From Neocallimastix sp. 'constans' (lineage: Eukaryota): a stretch of DNA of 64,000 nt. The translations under genes and the position numbers were made by a program. Below, in pieces: positions 13,064 to 26,700 of this stretch (its first letter is position 1; each line of letters starts with the position of its first letter). Location of the stretch: assembly GCA_050613775.1 (NCBI GenBank), contig JBODTK010000015.1, forward strand, positions 372,001 through 436,000. Reading direction: 5' to 3'. The notes under the pieces were generated by a model. The model ran no database searches. It was given only the letters and a program-made list of their open reading frames with translations, and was not told the origin of the DNA.

Positions 13064-14027
13064 TGATTGTTTGAATTTATTGTATTATTTTGATTTCCTA
13101 ATTTAGCAAATTCTTTAAAGGAATAAGAACATAGTTTATAAATGTGTCCTTGTTGTCCACAACGGTAACAAATAATATGGTATTTCTGGTTTGTTTGATT
13201 TCATTATCTACCAAGTTATTTCTTATTTTACTATCTTTAATATTTTGTGTGGTGTTTTCTAAATTATTACTTTGCATAATTTCATTTTTAGAATTGAATT
13301 TAGTATTATAATTATTAGTTGTAAATTCTCTATTTTCATTATAATTTGTATAATATCGAGGAGTTTTCTTAAAATAAAATTGTCTTCCATTATAATTATA
13401 ATTATAACTTTGAGAATTGAATTGTTTAAATGGATGAGTGTTACTTCAGTAATAGAACGGTTGAGAATTAAATACTGTAGTCATCATGGTTTCATTTCTA
13501 AGATTTCCTCCTTCTTCAGCTCTTTCAGCTAACTCTGCTTCTTCAAAAGCATCTTCAATATCTATACATCGTTGTGTTATTACTTGTGATCTAGCATAAG
13601 GACGGTAGATAATCGAATCAGCATAATCTTCTATTGTTATAAATGTTTGGTACAATTTTGGTAGACTGTTATAAATTTTCCTATGTCTCCAATTAAAGTT
13701 TTTTATACTTTCTTCTCTTTGAATTTTCATTCGTTGTAGTCTTTTACATTTCTCTTGTGGAGTTACTTCTAATGAATTTTCAATTGCTTCTTTTATTTCT
13801 CTCATTTATGGAAAATGTTCATTACCTTCCTCATTTATTGTATGTAGTTCTCATAAAGTGCCCCTCAACTTTCCTTCTACACACTCCATTGCCCAGGTAA
13901 GAATGCTTCTTGGATTGGTGATATCAGTCAGTGCCATTATTCTTGAAAATTCATCGATCCATGAATCGACATCCCTTGCGCTTTCGTTAAGTCTGGGTAA
14001 TAGCCTTTCCAATTTTAAAATTTTCAT
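13051..14027 (-). pseudogene. gag: Gypsy-A gag, disrupted
   Basis: Starts MKILKLERLLPRLNESARDVDSW; includes ORF 13446-13805 and the knuckle CYRCGQQGHIYKLC. Confidence 0.85.
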
Positions 14028-14400
14028 TTTGATTAAAAAAATCTAATGCTTTTAATATTTAATTGATGAATTGATGGATGAATGAGGAGATAAATGTCTT
14101 ATATAAATTTATTTTTATTATTTTTATTATTATTAATTGTTTTGTTTATTAAATTGATGAATTGATATATTCTTTTAATTGTATATTTTTATTAAGTAGA
14201 TGGATGGATGAATGATTAAAAAAAAATTTTATATCTTAATTAAACTAAATTTTGAAATAGCTAAATATTGAAAAATTAAACTATTACTAAATTGAAATTT
14301 TAATTGATAATAAACTGAAAAATTTTTTTGCTAAATATTTCGATTTATTTATTGTTGACTCGACTTTATTTTATATTAATAATTCTAAAAAAAAAGAAAA

Positions 14401-14560
14401 CCTTATACCTTCGGTGATAAGTTCATTATTCGCCAGTGCTCGATCTTGTCCGGAAACCCTGCCAACACTCGGATAGTTAACGAACTACGGAGAGGTGTCG
14501 TGGGGAGTATAAATTTTATATTACTCCGGGACGGAAACCGCACTCACAAGATCGATTAAA
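14401..14560 (-). other. GC-rich structured RNA candidate in the Gypsy-A 5' leader
   Basis: GC-rich island in very AT-rich DNA; 10-bp stem TCGATCTTGT/ACAAGATCGA enclosing several hairpins. Confidence 0.6.
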
Positions 14561-14741
14561 AACCTTAATTAATAATAAATTGGAATCACCCTAACTTATT
14601 ATTAATTTATTTTCTAAAGGTTTAAACACTGTATATGAATTACTATACTTTTTGATTTTAATATTCTCAAAAAAGTAAAAATAACAAATTTTTTATAATT
14701 ATTAATTTTTTATAACTACTATTAATAATATTTTAGAATAA

Positions 14742-14775
<34 letters not shown>

Positions 14776-14947
14776 ATTTATTATCTATTTTTTTTTTTAT
14801 TTATGTATTTATTTTATTTATCTTACTATTTATTTAATTATTTATTTATTATTTATTTATTGATTAAATTAATTTTTTTTTCTAAACCTTATTAATTATT
14901 AAAATTTTCTCAAATTATTATTTTCATATTATTTTATCTCTTCAGGT

Positions 14948-14963
14948 CCTGCATTGCTCGCCA
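14948..14963 (-). promoter_or_regulatory. Primer-binding site, tRNA-Arg-like
   Basis: TGGCGAGCAATGCAGG 7 nt after the 5' LTR end; resembles the complement of eukaryotic tRNA-Arg(ACG) 3' ends (...GCTCGCCA). Confidence 0.7.
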
Positions 14964-14970
14964 AATTTTA

Positions 14971-15718
14971 TGGTACAAGATCTGAAGATTTTATTAATAA
15001 AATAATATATTCTAATAATAAGGAAAAATTTAAAATAATATTCTCTAATTCTAAACCTAAATTAATTAATAAACTATTTTAATTTTAGTCTAAACTATCC
15101 TAATCTAAAAGAATCTAAACTAAATTAGAATAACTTAAACTAATATCCTAATCTAAACTATTCTAATCTAAACTAAACAATTTCTCTAAATCTATTACTA
15201 TTTCTATAAAATGTTTAATACAACTAATCTATTACTAAACTAATTTTATACTATACTATCTTAATATTATACACTAAACACAAAAACTATTAATTAAACA
15301 CTTTTAAAACACTAAATTTAGAAAAAAATATTTAATAAATATTAATTTATTTTAAACTATTTAATTTATTATTTAACTTTTAGAAAATATTAAAAAAATA
15401 ATATAATAATAAAGTCGTAAGAAAAAAAGGGGGAGAACAAAAGTATTGTGTTACTTTGTTCTTTTTTATACTAATAAAATATTTATTTGATTAGATTAAA
15501 AATAAAAATAAAGATTTAATAATAAAAATTTAATAATAAAAATTTAATAATAAAATTTAATAATAAAAATTTAATAATAAAAATATAATAATAAAAATAT
15601 AATAAACTTAAATTTTCTAAATTATTAAAATATTATATAAAAATTTTACAATTTTAAATAATAATTAATACATGATTTTTCAATACATCTAATTATTTTT
15701 ATTTAACTTTATAATATT
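14971..15718 (-). repeat. Gypsy-A 5' LTR, missing its first ~122 bp
   Basis: Matches 8323-9058; identity stops at 15718. Confidence 0.9.
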
Positions 15719-16859
15719 GTATATTCAAATATAGATTTAATAAAATAAAATAAAACCATAAAACTATTTAAAAAGTTTTTAGAAACCATTAGAATTTTAA
15801 GGAATTTCTTAGAATCTTTTAGAAATTATTAAGCTAGTTAATAACTAATAATTGTAATAATTTGTCTAAAACTACTAAATCATTCAAAATATTTTAATTG
15901 ATTATTAATTATTAATTATTAATTCTTTTTATAATGAATAGTAATATAATGATCAAATTAAAGACTTTATCTATATGACAAATTTATTAATTAAATGCTA
16001 ATATAAATAATTAAATTATTTTTTATATTTCTAAAATTCTTTAAAGTCCAATATATCCATATTCAGGTGATTCTAATGAATTGAAATTAATATATGTTGT
16101 AGAAATCGAGTAAAACTTTCTAACGAATATAATTTTAGTTGTAAATTCACTGGAAATCTTTATTATTTGTTATTAAATACACTTTATTAATTTATTATCA
16201 AGAACTACAAAAATTAAAAAATATTACATTATAAAATATTTATATCATACATTTTATAATAATTTCACATATATACATATGATATACATCATTTGATATA
16301 ATATGCCACTATTACTTATATACATATAATGTTATTTATGTTTCTTATATTTATTTATTAACTATATTAAATATATTAATTATTATATTAATTATATTAA
16401 ACTTATTTCTAAAATTATTTGATTTAAAAAAATTCTTTTTAAATTCCTTTTTTTCATTAACATTTTTAAATTATTTTTACATATTTATAGTTATAATTTT
16501 AGAGATTTAGAGATTATTGAATTAATTATCAATAATTCAATTTTTTTAATTTTTATAAATATTATTTAAATAAAATTTAATTAGAATAATTAAATATATA
16601 GAAAATAGTTTTTACTAGTTTCTTCGATATTTTTAAGTTTAATAAAGCACTTTTAAAGATTAATATAATCAATTTAATAATATAATTATTTTAAATAATA
16701 TTTGTAATTATTTTCAAAAATAAAATAAAAATTTTATAATATTTAACTAATAATTTTAATAGCAAATTTGATAATATTTTAAAAAAAATTAATTTTTATA
16801 ATTAATATTTAACTAATAATTTGATTAACAAAATATCTAAAAAATAATTAATATTTACA

Positions 16860-19840
16860 ATAGTATTTTAATATATAATTATTTTTATTATTTAATTGAA
16901 GTTATTTATTTAAAATACATTTTATTTACTTATTTACATATGAAAATATATAAAGTAATTACAAAGATTTAAAGAGAAAAATTTACATGTATTTATTCTA
17001 ATTTTGTGGCTTGTTATAGACTAAAATTAATTTATACATTTATACATGATTTAAATCATTGTTTTATATTATTATATTTTTTAAATTATTCATTTAAATT
17101 TTGTTTCTAGATTAGATATAATAACATTCCCCCCTCAAACTAAATTTTTTAAAATAAAATTAAGTTTGGTAATAAGTATCCATCATTAATATTCCGAAAA
17201 TATTTTGTCTGTAAACTTCTTCATTTTGGGGCCATTTACATTTTTGGTCAAAACATCAGCGAACATTTCTTCAGTGTTTTTGTACATTAACTTAATCTTC
17301 CTATTTATTATATAATCTCTATTGAAGTGATATTTGATAACTATATGTTTTTATTTAGTATTTATTTCATCATTTTCGATACTCTTCTTGCTGGTCATGA
17401 CGGTAAATATGGTTACGGAATTATTGTAGTTGAATAATTCTTCTAAGATATTTCTAATCCACAAGACTTTCTTAGTACATTCGGACGTGCTAACCCTTGG
17501 ACGTTGCCACAACAGATTGTTTCTTACTATGCCACGAAATAGCAGATTTTCCCATGAGAATTAAACAGCCAGAAGTAGATTTTCGATCCTTGGTGTCACC
17601 AGCAAAATCCGCATCACAATATGCATTGATATCCCCTAACCCATCATATTTAATTTTAAAATTTTTCGTTGAATTTAAATATTTAAAAATATTTAAAACT
17701 TTTTTCCAATCATAATTTTGGATTTTCGCAGTTTCTTGATGCATAATGCACTACGAATGAGATATCTGGCCTTGTTGATTTTGCCAAGTATATTTATGAT
17801 CTGAAAGATATATGAAGATATCTTTATTATAGAAATGGCCTAATCTATTATGCCATAACTGCAGATCACTATTATTATCGTCCTCAAGGTTAGACAAAAT
17901 ATTAGATCCCTGTAAAATTGGGATTCTAATAATATTATCTTGGTTATTAAAATAACCTAAGATTGAGTTATTCTTAGAGGGTGATAATTTAACAAAGGTT
18001 TTATTATCTTTATTCCTAGTACTAAAGAGTATACCTTCGGAGGCTAATTTAATTCCACTAATAAGGTTCTTATTTACATCCTTGGAATAAAGAACTCTAT
18101 TTAAGGTAACCGGAAAATTGTTAATGGTACCATGAAAGTACCATAACCCTCAAAGGTACATCGAAGGACCATCTTGTTTGGAACGAAATCAGAAAGTAAA
18201 GACTCATCCCTTGTAATGTGTTCACAAGCACCGGTGTCAAGGGTCCATAGAGATTACTTGGTGTTTGTCACATGATCAATGTCATTTTGTGTAATTGGAT
18301 CACGTGAATAGTGTGATATGCGGGACTTTTATGTGCTACTAATTTTTAATAGTATCGTTATATTTAAATAACCTTTATAAATATATTTAATCAATAAACC
18401 TAATTAACCAAGGTACTTCTCTAAATTACCATAAAGAAGAGTAGTTATTAGAAATATTTATAATAATTTAACAAATATTAATAATAATAAATATACATTT
18501 AAAATATATTATATCGGAGTATAGTATAATATATAATAAATATATATTAAAATAATAAATATAATAAATATAACTATATAATTCTTAAAAATGAAAATAA
18601 GAATAATAAGTAAAATATTTAAGAATATAATTATATAATAAATATGAATATAATAAATAATATCAACTATATATATATTTAATTATAATTAAAATAAATA
18701 AAACTATATCATTATATTATAACATATAGAATTATGTATTTTTAATATAAACTTTAAAATAAATAAGAATATTCAAGTTATATATATAATAATATTCTTA
18801 TTATATATCTTTAGAAAAAATTAACTATTTAATTTAATATACTTAATATATTTCATATTATAATGAATAATATATATATAAATATTGAATAATATATGAA
18901 TAAGAAATTATTTCAAATATTATTGACAAAAGAGATATAAATTTAATATTTAATAATTAATATTAAATATACAAATATGTTGCTACACATATTTGTTTTA
19001 TATCAGGTCACAATTTTGACAAAAAATATTTAAATTTGTCCTGAAGAAACGTTACCAATGTTAAACTCAGATGTTTCTAGAAGGTCACGTGCAAACTTAG
19101 AATTATGTTCGTGATCCATAAAATGACTGTCCATGTCATCTTTGAACTTGTTATTAATGTCTTCATAAGATAGGTTCTTGAGTTTCTCAATATTTCTAAG
19201 ATTTTTCTTATAATTCTTCTTCTTGGAGTGGTTTCCCTTGGTCTTCAAATTGTATAGGCATTCCTTGGTGGTGTGTCCAGTTATATCGCAGATATGACAG
19301 AACTTCCTTTTATAATTATTGATATTATCAAGGTCCATTGGGTCGACCTTGACTTCGTTAACTATCGGATTATTTTTAGGCTTATTGATGCCTCTTTTCA
19401 ATTTGTAGTTGTAAAAAGTAAGTGTCCTTAATTTCATTATAAAACACAATCGGGTCAATATTAGCCCTAGGCTTGAATTCTTTAGCAAGATCTCTTGGAA
19501 GGGCTTCTTGCATAATAATAAATTTTTTGAGATTAATTGTGTCATCTAACACATTAAAAATTTCAACAATTTCTTTTGGAACGTCCATTACATTTTGAAC
19601 GTTCTTAGCCTTGAGGTTATAGATTCTGAATAATAAGAGGCTATATTTTTCTTCTTCATCCCGATGATAGAGAAATTATAATTTCTCGATTTTTTCTCGG
19701 GGTTATTAATGTTCTGAATATACGTAAGTACTTTTTCAGTCACATTGAAAATAATAATTGAATTTACAGTGGCCTTTTTGGCTTCTGCCTCTTCCACTGT
19801 TTGGCAATAATAATTATAAAGAGAAAAACACTTCATTCGT
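16860..19840 (-). mobile_element. Internally deleted Ty1/Copia element (gag, protease, RNase H, PPT, 3' LTR starting at 17126; LTR far end approximate)
   Basis: Knuckle CHICDITGHTTKEC (19030-19545); protease WTLDTGACEH near 18220-18250; AYCDADFAGD..RKSTSG (17490-17744); GAGGGGGGAA-TGTT junction. Integrase and most of RT are absent. Confidence 0.88.
18314..19005 (-). mobile_element. Solo LTR of the Gypsy-B family inside the Copia gag-protease region
   Basis: Reverse complement of 62446-63141 with TGATAT...ATATCA termini; flanks AGTG/GGTC are not a TSD. Confidence 0.92.
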
Positions 19841-21114
19841 ATAATTAGAAAAAAATCATCTAAAATCCATAATTAAAATTATAATTTAATATTTTAATAA
19901 AATTCTAGTCTATAAAAAATATATTATATTTATCCATGAGAAATCTACTTTGTGATAAACTATTTCTACTCTTTGAATATATGAAATAAAATTTAATAAT
20001 ATATAAAATTTATAAGGATTTAAACTATAATATATTAAACTTATTTTTTTGTTAAATCACGAAACCTATTATTTAAAATATAGTTTTTTAATGTGTATTT
20101 ATACATATCAAACCTTATATATATCAATAACAATAATGGGGAAGATTATATTCAGATAATCCATACAAACTTATTTAAAATATAAAATCCCAAATATCAA
20201 TGGAAATATAATAGATTGGTAATTCCTGGTGTGAAATGGGTGCATTCTAACAAAAGCAGTATTATTAAACCTATCATGAAATGGGCTTAAATAGTAACTA
20301 TTTTAATATAATCATAACATACAAAACCATCTTGATGAAAGATATAATATAATAATAAAAATAACCTAATGTTATATACAAATAGATAATCTTTATTCAT
20401 CTACGAACTATACTTATTGATTGTAAAGTATACAAAAAGTTATATATATTAAACTAATTGTTATTGTTTTAATGATGAGAAAATTCAAATAAATAAAATC
20501 CCTTTAGAAATTTTGAATTTAAGGAGAAGTTTGTATCATAAAATAATGAACATAAATATTAAAGGAAAGTTACATAATTGACACTTTGCGTTGATTATTT
20601 ATAAGTCATATTTATCTTGGAAATGAATAAAAATAGCTTTATTGAGAAAATTAGAAAAATTAACTCACAAGAAAAAATTAACTAAAGTTTTGAAACTATA
20701 TAAAATAAGAAAAAAACTTATATTATTTACTAATAAGTTTAAATTACTAATATGACTAGTTATAAATAATAATGTGATTAGCTATAAATGTAATTCAATT
20801 TTAATACACAAGGTTATTTTGGAGAAATCATTAGATTAAAAATATATTTATGAAACCTTTTTAATAATATTTTATCTATTTAAAATTTAATATAAAGTAT
20901 AACTATTTTTTTATGAAAAATTAAAGTTTGGTTAAAAAAGAGATAATTTATAGTCTAATAATATCAAATATATAATATTGTAGAATAGAATAATTATATA
21001 TATATATATTCACAAGTAATCCATTTATTTATCATTAATTCCTCAATCTCCTAATTTATAGAAGTAATTAAATTTAAAATTAATAAAAAATGAGTATAAA
21101 TACAAAAATTCAAA

Positions 21115-23182
21115 GATAAAGATAAACTAAGACTGGTTATAGATGATTATCTAAAAAAAGATAAAAATATTCAGAATGGCTCAACAAATTGGCCATGAGG
21201 GGTTACAAAAGACGTATGATAGAATTAAGAAAAATTATTATTGGAAAAATATGATTTTAGATATAAAAAAATATATATTTATTTGTAAAATATGTCAACG
21301 TAACAGATCTGAGCCCCTTTCTAAGTTGGTTGAAATATTTTTGACTCATATAGAAGCTCCTTTTGTTAGAATGGGCCTAGATATTATTGGACCTTTAAAA
21401 ACTACTACTATAGGTAATAGATATATAATTATTTGTGTAGATTATTTCACCTTATATACTGAAGAGGAAGTTTATCTTTCTGTTACTTCTCAAGATGTTG
21501 TTGCTTTCTTAGTGAATGTGTTTAGTAAGCATGGACTATCATAAATAATTAATATGGACTACAATTTAACAGTAATTGTCCAAAATTCTTCTTAGATTTA
21601 GATGGAGTTTACATTCATTTTGTTGATAGTTATCATCCACCCTTCTAATAGTCTAGTAGAAAACAGAAACAAAGAAAACAATAAGGAATTTTGTTGGTAG
21701 AAACGATGAATGGGATACTCTGTTACCATTAGCATTATGATCTATTAAGACAGCAAAATTCTCTGTTAGTGGATATTCTAGTTTTGAACTTTTATGGAAA
21801 AGATAATTTACTTCCTACTGAAATTAATCTTTATTGAATTCTTTGGAGGAACTTGTTGAACGCTCAATTGATGAACTATTAAAAGAAAGAATTAGGAACA
21901 TACTAAATGGGCAAAGGATGTTGCAAACAAGAAATGGTACAATTAATTATTGGAAGACTAGAAGAGAAGCAAATGAAGTAAGGAAAATCTTTCTGAGTAT
22001 AAAGTTGGAGATAACGTGAAAATTAAATTTTTCAAAGTCATAAATTGGACCAATATTATATTGACCCTTATATAATAAAGGAAATAACTACAGTGAAATT
22101 ACAAGAAAGAAGGTCAGGAGTAATATTAAAAAGAAATATTCATATTAAAAGTATTCTACCTTATAGAGAATATTTAAAATTAATTATAATTAAAAAATTA
22201 TAATAAATAATGAATTTCAAAATTTCAAATTTAAATTTTTACATTCATTTTAATATTTACAGTTAAAATAGCAAAATATTATTCATACTTATGCTAATGA
22301 AACATTTAATCTATATTTATAATTAATATTATTTTATTTTCAAATTTCGAAATTAAAAATTCAAAATTACATTTTGAATGTAAATTTCATAATTAATTAT
22401 TAATAATTATGTATATATATATTATTTAACTATTATAATATAATATAATAATTATTTCAAAAAAAAATCTTTTATTAATGAAAAATTGTAAAATTTTGAA
22501 TAAACTTTGTAAAAATAATTTTTATATTATATCTATTTATAATTTGATATTTCAATAATTTCTAGAATTAAGGTAATAATTAATTCAAATGCTATTATTT
22601 TTAATTATTTTCTTTGTTAATTTACAGTTTTATTGAGAATTGTTCTTGAGAGAGAAAAATTCTAACTTTGCTATAAATGAATTATTTTAATAAGAAAATT
22701 TTTGATATAAAACAAATATGTGTAATAACATATTTATATTTATATATTTTATAATAATTATTAAATATTAAATTTATATCTTTTCTTAATAATAATTTTT
22801 ATAATAATTTCTTATTTGAATTATATTTTAATATATATTTTATAATATATTAATTAGAATATTTATTTTATTTTATATATTTTATAATTTAATATATAAT
22901 AATTTTATTATTATTTATTAAATTATAAATAGCTATTATATATTATAATATAATTAAATATATAGTTGATTTTATTAGTTATATTATTTATATATTATTA
23001 TTTTATATTTAGTTTATTATTAAATTATAAATTTGTATGTAAATAATCCTAGAAATAATGATCATTCCTTGTAATTATTAAATGGAGGTTGATTTTAGTT
23101 AATATCTAGGATAAGAAAATATTAGTATTTATAAAAAGATAATTATACAAGTAAAAATTATTAGCACATAAAAGTCATATCA
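21115..23182 (+). mobile_element. Truncated Gypsy-B-related element: decayed integrase, 3' UTR and a shorter diverged 3' LTR (22703-23182)
   Basis: ORF 21176-21544 closely matches 60808-61200; the LTR starts TGATATAAAACAAATATGTG and ends GCACATAAAAGTCATATCA. Confidence 0.9.
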
Positions 23183-23348
23183 CATATAATGTAAGGTGTT
23201 TTTATTTATATTATATTTATATATATGTTTAAAGCATATCTATATTAATTATTACTAAAGTAAAATAAAGTAAAAGTAAAATTAAGATTTAATTATTAAA
23301 CTTTATTTATTAATATAAAAATTAATAAGGTAATTACAATTTACAAAA

Positions 23349-23741
23349 TTTATGAAAAATACATGAGTTTATATACAAATTGAGGCTTGTGCCAAATAGT
23401 ATGAAATTTATTACAATGAAATTAAATAATTAGATTTAATACAACGAGAAAATAAAAAAAATATATTTTAAATTTAAATTTAATTTATTTCAATTATAAA
23501 AATAAAATATGTCAAAATCTTTGTTTGCTAACAATTACTATTACAAATTAAATTTATTTAGTTATATTAAATTAATGTTTTAATTATATTGATATTATAA
23601 TCTTAATATTTAATAATATTTATATTTTTCTATATTATTAATATTGTTTAATTAATTACTATTATTATGTAACTTACAAAATATAAAATGAAGATGAAAA
23701 AATCTATCTTTTATATTCTTTGCAAGGTTATTGAAAAATTA
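23349..23741 (+). repeat. ~380 bp direct repeat, copy 1 (promoter-like DNA plus MKMKKSIFYIL start)
   Basis: Near-identical to 40721-41098. Confidence 0.9.
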
Positions 23742-26700
23742 ATCGTTTACTTAAACCTAATGGAAGGGCGGAAGCTAATGATTTAAAAGTAAAAATTGAA
23801 AGAAAATTGAAAAATGATGGTAATAGTTTAGATTTACTTGAAAAATATGAAAATTTTGGAAGCATAATAGAGCAAAAATATACTAAGGAAGAAATTCAAG
23901 TTATTGACAATTTTTTAAAAAAGTATGACATATATAATAAATTTTCTGGTAAATTAAATAATTTAGGGCATACAGAAGTAACAACGCTTAATGAAATAAA
24001 GAATTATATAATTCCAAATAAAAATGAGATTTCAGGTACAATAGATGAAGCATTACTAAAAGACTTTATAGACAATAATAATAATTTAGATGTATAAAAA
24101 CTTTTATCTGAATTACCAATATATAGTAATAATAATAATAATAATGCTAAAAATATAAAAAAAAAATTAAAATTATATATTACTTACCATTATTTCAATA
24201 CAAAAGAGAAAAGTACCTTTAATTTAGAAAAAACCAAAACTAAGTATAAATTTAACTATGAATTTGATTATTTGAATGAGTGTAAGTTGAACCCTATGAA
24301 TAGTGCTAATTCCATAAATAAGTACACAGTTATGGATATTTCGTCAGATGATAATAAATGAGAAAGTTTTTTGGAACCACTTAAAGTAAAATATAAAATG
24401 ATTAACTATAAAAAATGTGAATCAAGTGATAATACTTTCTATTATAATCCGAATATTGAAGAGAAAAATTATCCTTACATAGAATATTTAAGTAAATTCG
24501 ATGTAAATAGTAATTTTAACGATGATTTGAAAACACCAAAAACAAAAAATACCGATTTGGAACCGTCAGAAATAAAATATAATAAAGTTCTTTTTAAAAT
24601 GAAAAAAAAGGCGGTAACGAGTTCTAATAATTCATCCAATAATAATGGAAAAAACTCTATAGATTTAATTAATGACAGTACCGATGAACTAAAAGACAAA
24701 ATTAAAACTATGCGTATTAAAGAAAATGATAATGCTATCGATATTAGTTCATACATCCATCCAAAACAGAAAATAAAAAATCATAGCTTTGAAAAACAAA
24801 AATCGCATATTAATTCATTAGGATTTTTAGTTAAAACAGCTAGAAATATGGTAATTTCAAAATATTCCGAATTAATTATTTTTGACATTAAAAATAAAAT
24901 AATAGTTAAAAATTTAATGAAAAAATTAAAGATTAAGAAATTAAATATCCCTAATAATAATAATAATAATAATAGTAGTAGTATAGTAGTAATAGTAATA
25001 GTAGTAATAGTAGTAATAGTAATAATAATGATAGTGAAGATACTTTCATACCAAATGTTGATCTTGAAGGAAATATAATTGATATAAAAGAAAATTTTAA
25101 TAAACTTAGAATAATCTCAATATGAGTACTGAGGAAGAAAAAAAATAATAGAAAATGATGTAATAAATAGAATAAATAATAATAGCGAATTAACAGATGA
25201 CGAAAAAAAAGAATTAAAATCAATAATAAATAATGGGGAATATTTTGTATTATATCCTGAAAATTATGAAAAATTAAAAAATATTCAATTAAATTCAGTA
25301 AAAACATTTGAAGATTATTATTCTTCAATTGCTATTAGTGGTTTAAACAAAAATGGAAGACCTTTATTATTAAAAGTACTTAATAGAGATTCTGATGGAA
25401 AAAAAATTCAATTTAGAAATTCATATACAGCGGAAACTACTTCAACTACAGAGGGGCATGATCTTCCCCTTAAACGTATTAATGGTATAGTAAGCAATAT
25501 CAAGAATGTATGTAACAGTGGAAGTAATAGTAGTAGTAGTAGTAGTAGTAGTAGTACCAATAGTAATTGATCTAAAAGCAAAAGAAATGGAATGCAAGGA
25601 ACATGACCATGCCAGAAGAATACACCAGCTATGATAAATAAACTTGATAAAATTTTTGATAAATCGATTAGTAATGAAAAGACATTAAGTTTATACAAAA
25701 ATACCATAGATAAGGAGTATGATGAAATTTTATCTACTGTAAGTGAAAGTAAAGAAGCAATGATAAAAGGGGCAACTCAATTAATTGATAATAAAAGTTC
25801 ATCAAAAAGTGTTAATGAATTAATGAAAATGGATGAAGAGCAATTAAGTGAAACGCTATTAGAAGATATTAGTAATAGTATAGTATGTCCAATCCTGATG
25901 TCAAAAAAACGAGATTATGGTTGTCTAAACTAAATAAATTTTTAAAATATTTAAAAAAACATATTAAAAATTTAAAAATTATAGCAAAATATACAGGAAA
26001 AAGAGAAGATAATGAATAAGTAAACAATTTTATTATATTAGAAAATTCTGTTCTCAAAAAACTGGTGATGTTCTTGAAGATAATGATTATAAATCAATTA
26101 AGAATAGTAATCCACCCGATGAATATGAGAATTTCATGAATATTAGAGATCAACAGTCCGAATTGGAAGTGAAAGGTCTTGAATCAATTTTAAAGGTTGC
26201 TCCATTATTTGAAGAAACCGATCAAAATTCCGAATTAATCATTACGGAAATTGATGGACCAGCTTTAGAAATAGATGATAATGGAAATATCAATAATAAT
26301 ATCTATCATAACAGTATTTCGGTTTCCTCTAATTCTTATGGAGAATCATTAGAAAAATTAACGAAAAACACTTTAAATGCATTAGAATACACAAATGAAA
26401 TTGATGCCGAGAATATTGTCAAAGGATTAAATAAGTTATATAAATCATTGTCAATGAAAATGATATTCGATCCTGACCCTCAAACAGCCATGCTTTAAAC
26501 AGATATTATAGTCAGGTATATAGTAAATAGGTAGCAAAATTTCCAGAATATAAAACAAGCCTTGAGCCACCTTTAAATAGAAATAAATGGTCATACGTTC
26601 CCGAAGTAAATATTAATTAAAATCAAAAGTTAGAATTAGAAGATAATATAAATATGGAATATAGTAATATAAATAATGTTTTTAATGGAGGTAATGGACA

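Larger units (their letters stand above)
8323..15718 (-). mobile_element. Ty3/Gypsy LTR retrotransposon (Gypsy-A), near full-length, frameshifted
   Basis: LTR pair, PBS, gag with CCHC knuckle, then PR (FLDTGAS), RT (MPFGLCNAP, YIDD), RNase H (ADALSR), integrase (GLDIVGPL, YHPESNGQVE) in Gypsy order. Confidence 0.96.

Noticed and set aside
12310..14046. Plus-strand ORFs over Gypsy-A
   Set aside because: Antisense shadows of gag and pol.
14410..14500. HDV-like or hammerhead ribozyme call for the GC island
   Set aside because: No CUGANGA core, and HDV P1/L3/P1.1 could not be assembled; kept only as an unassigned structured RNA.
24951..25707. Minus-strand poly-Leu/Tyr ORFs
   Set aside because: Antisense readings of (AAT)n and (AGT)n linkers in the plus-strand pseudogene.
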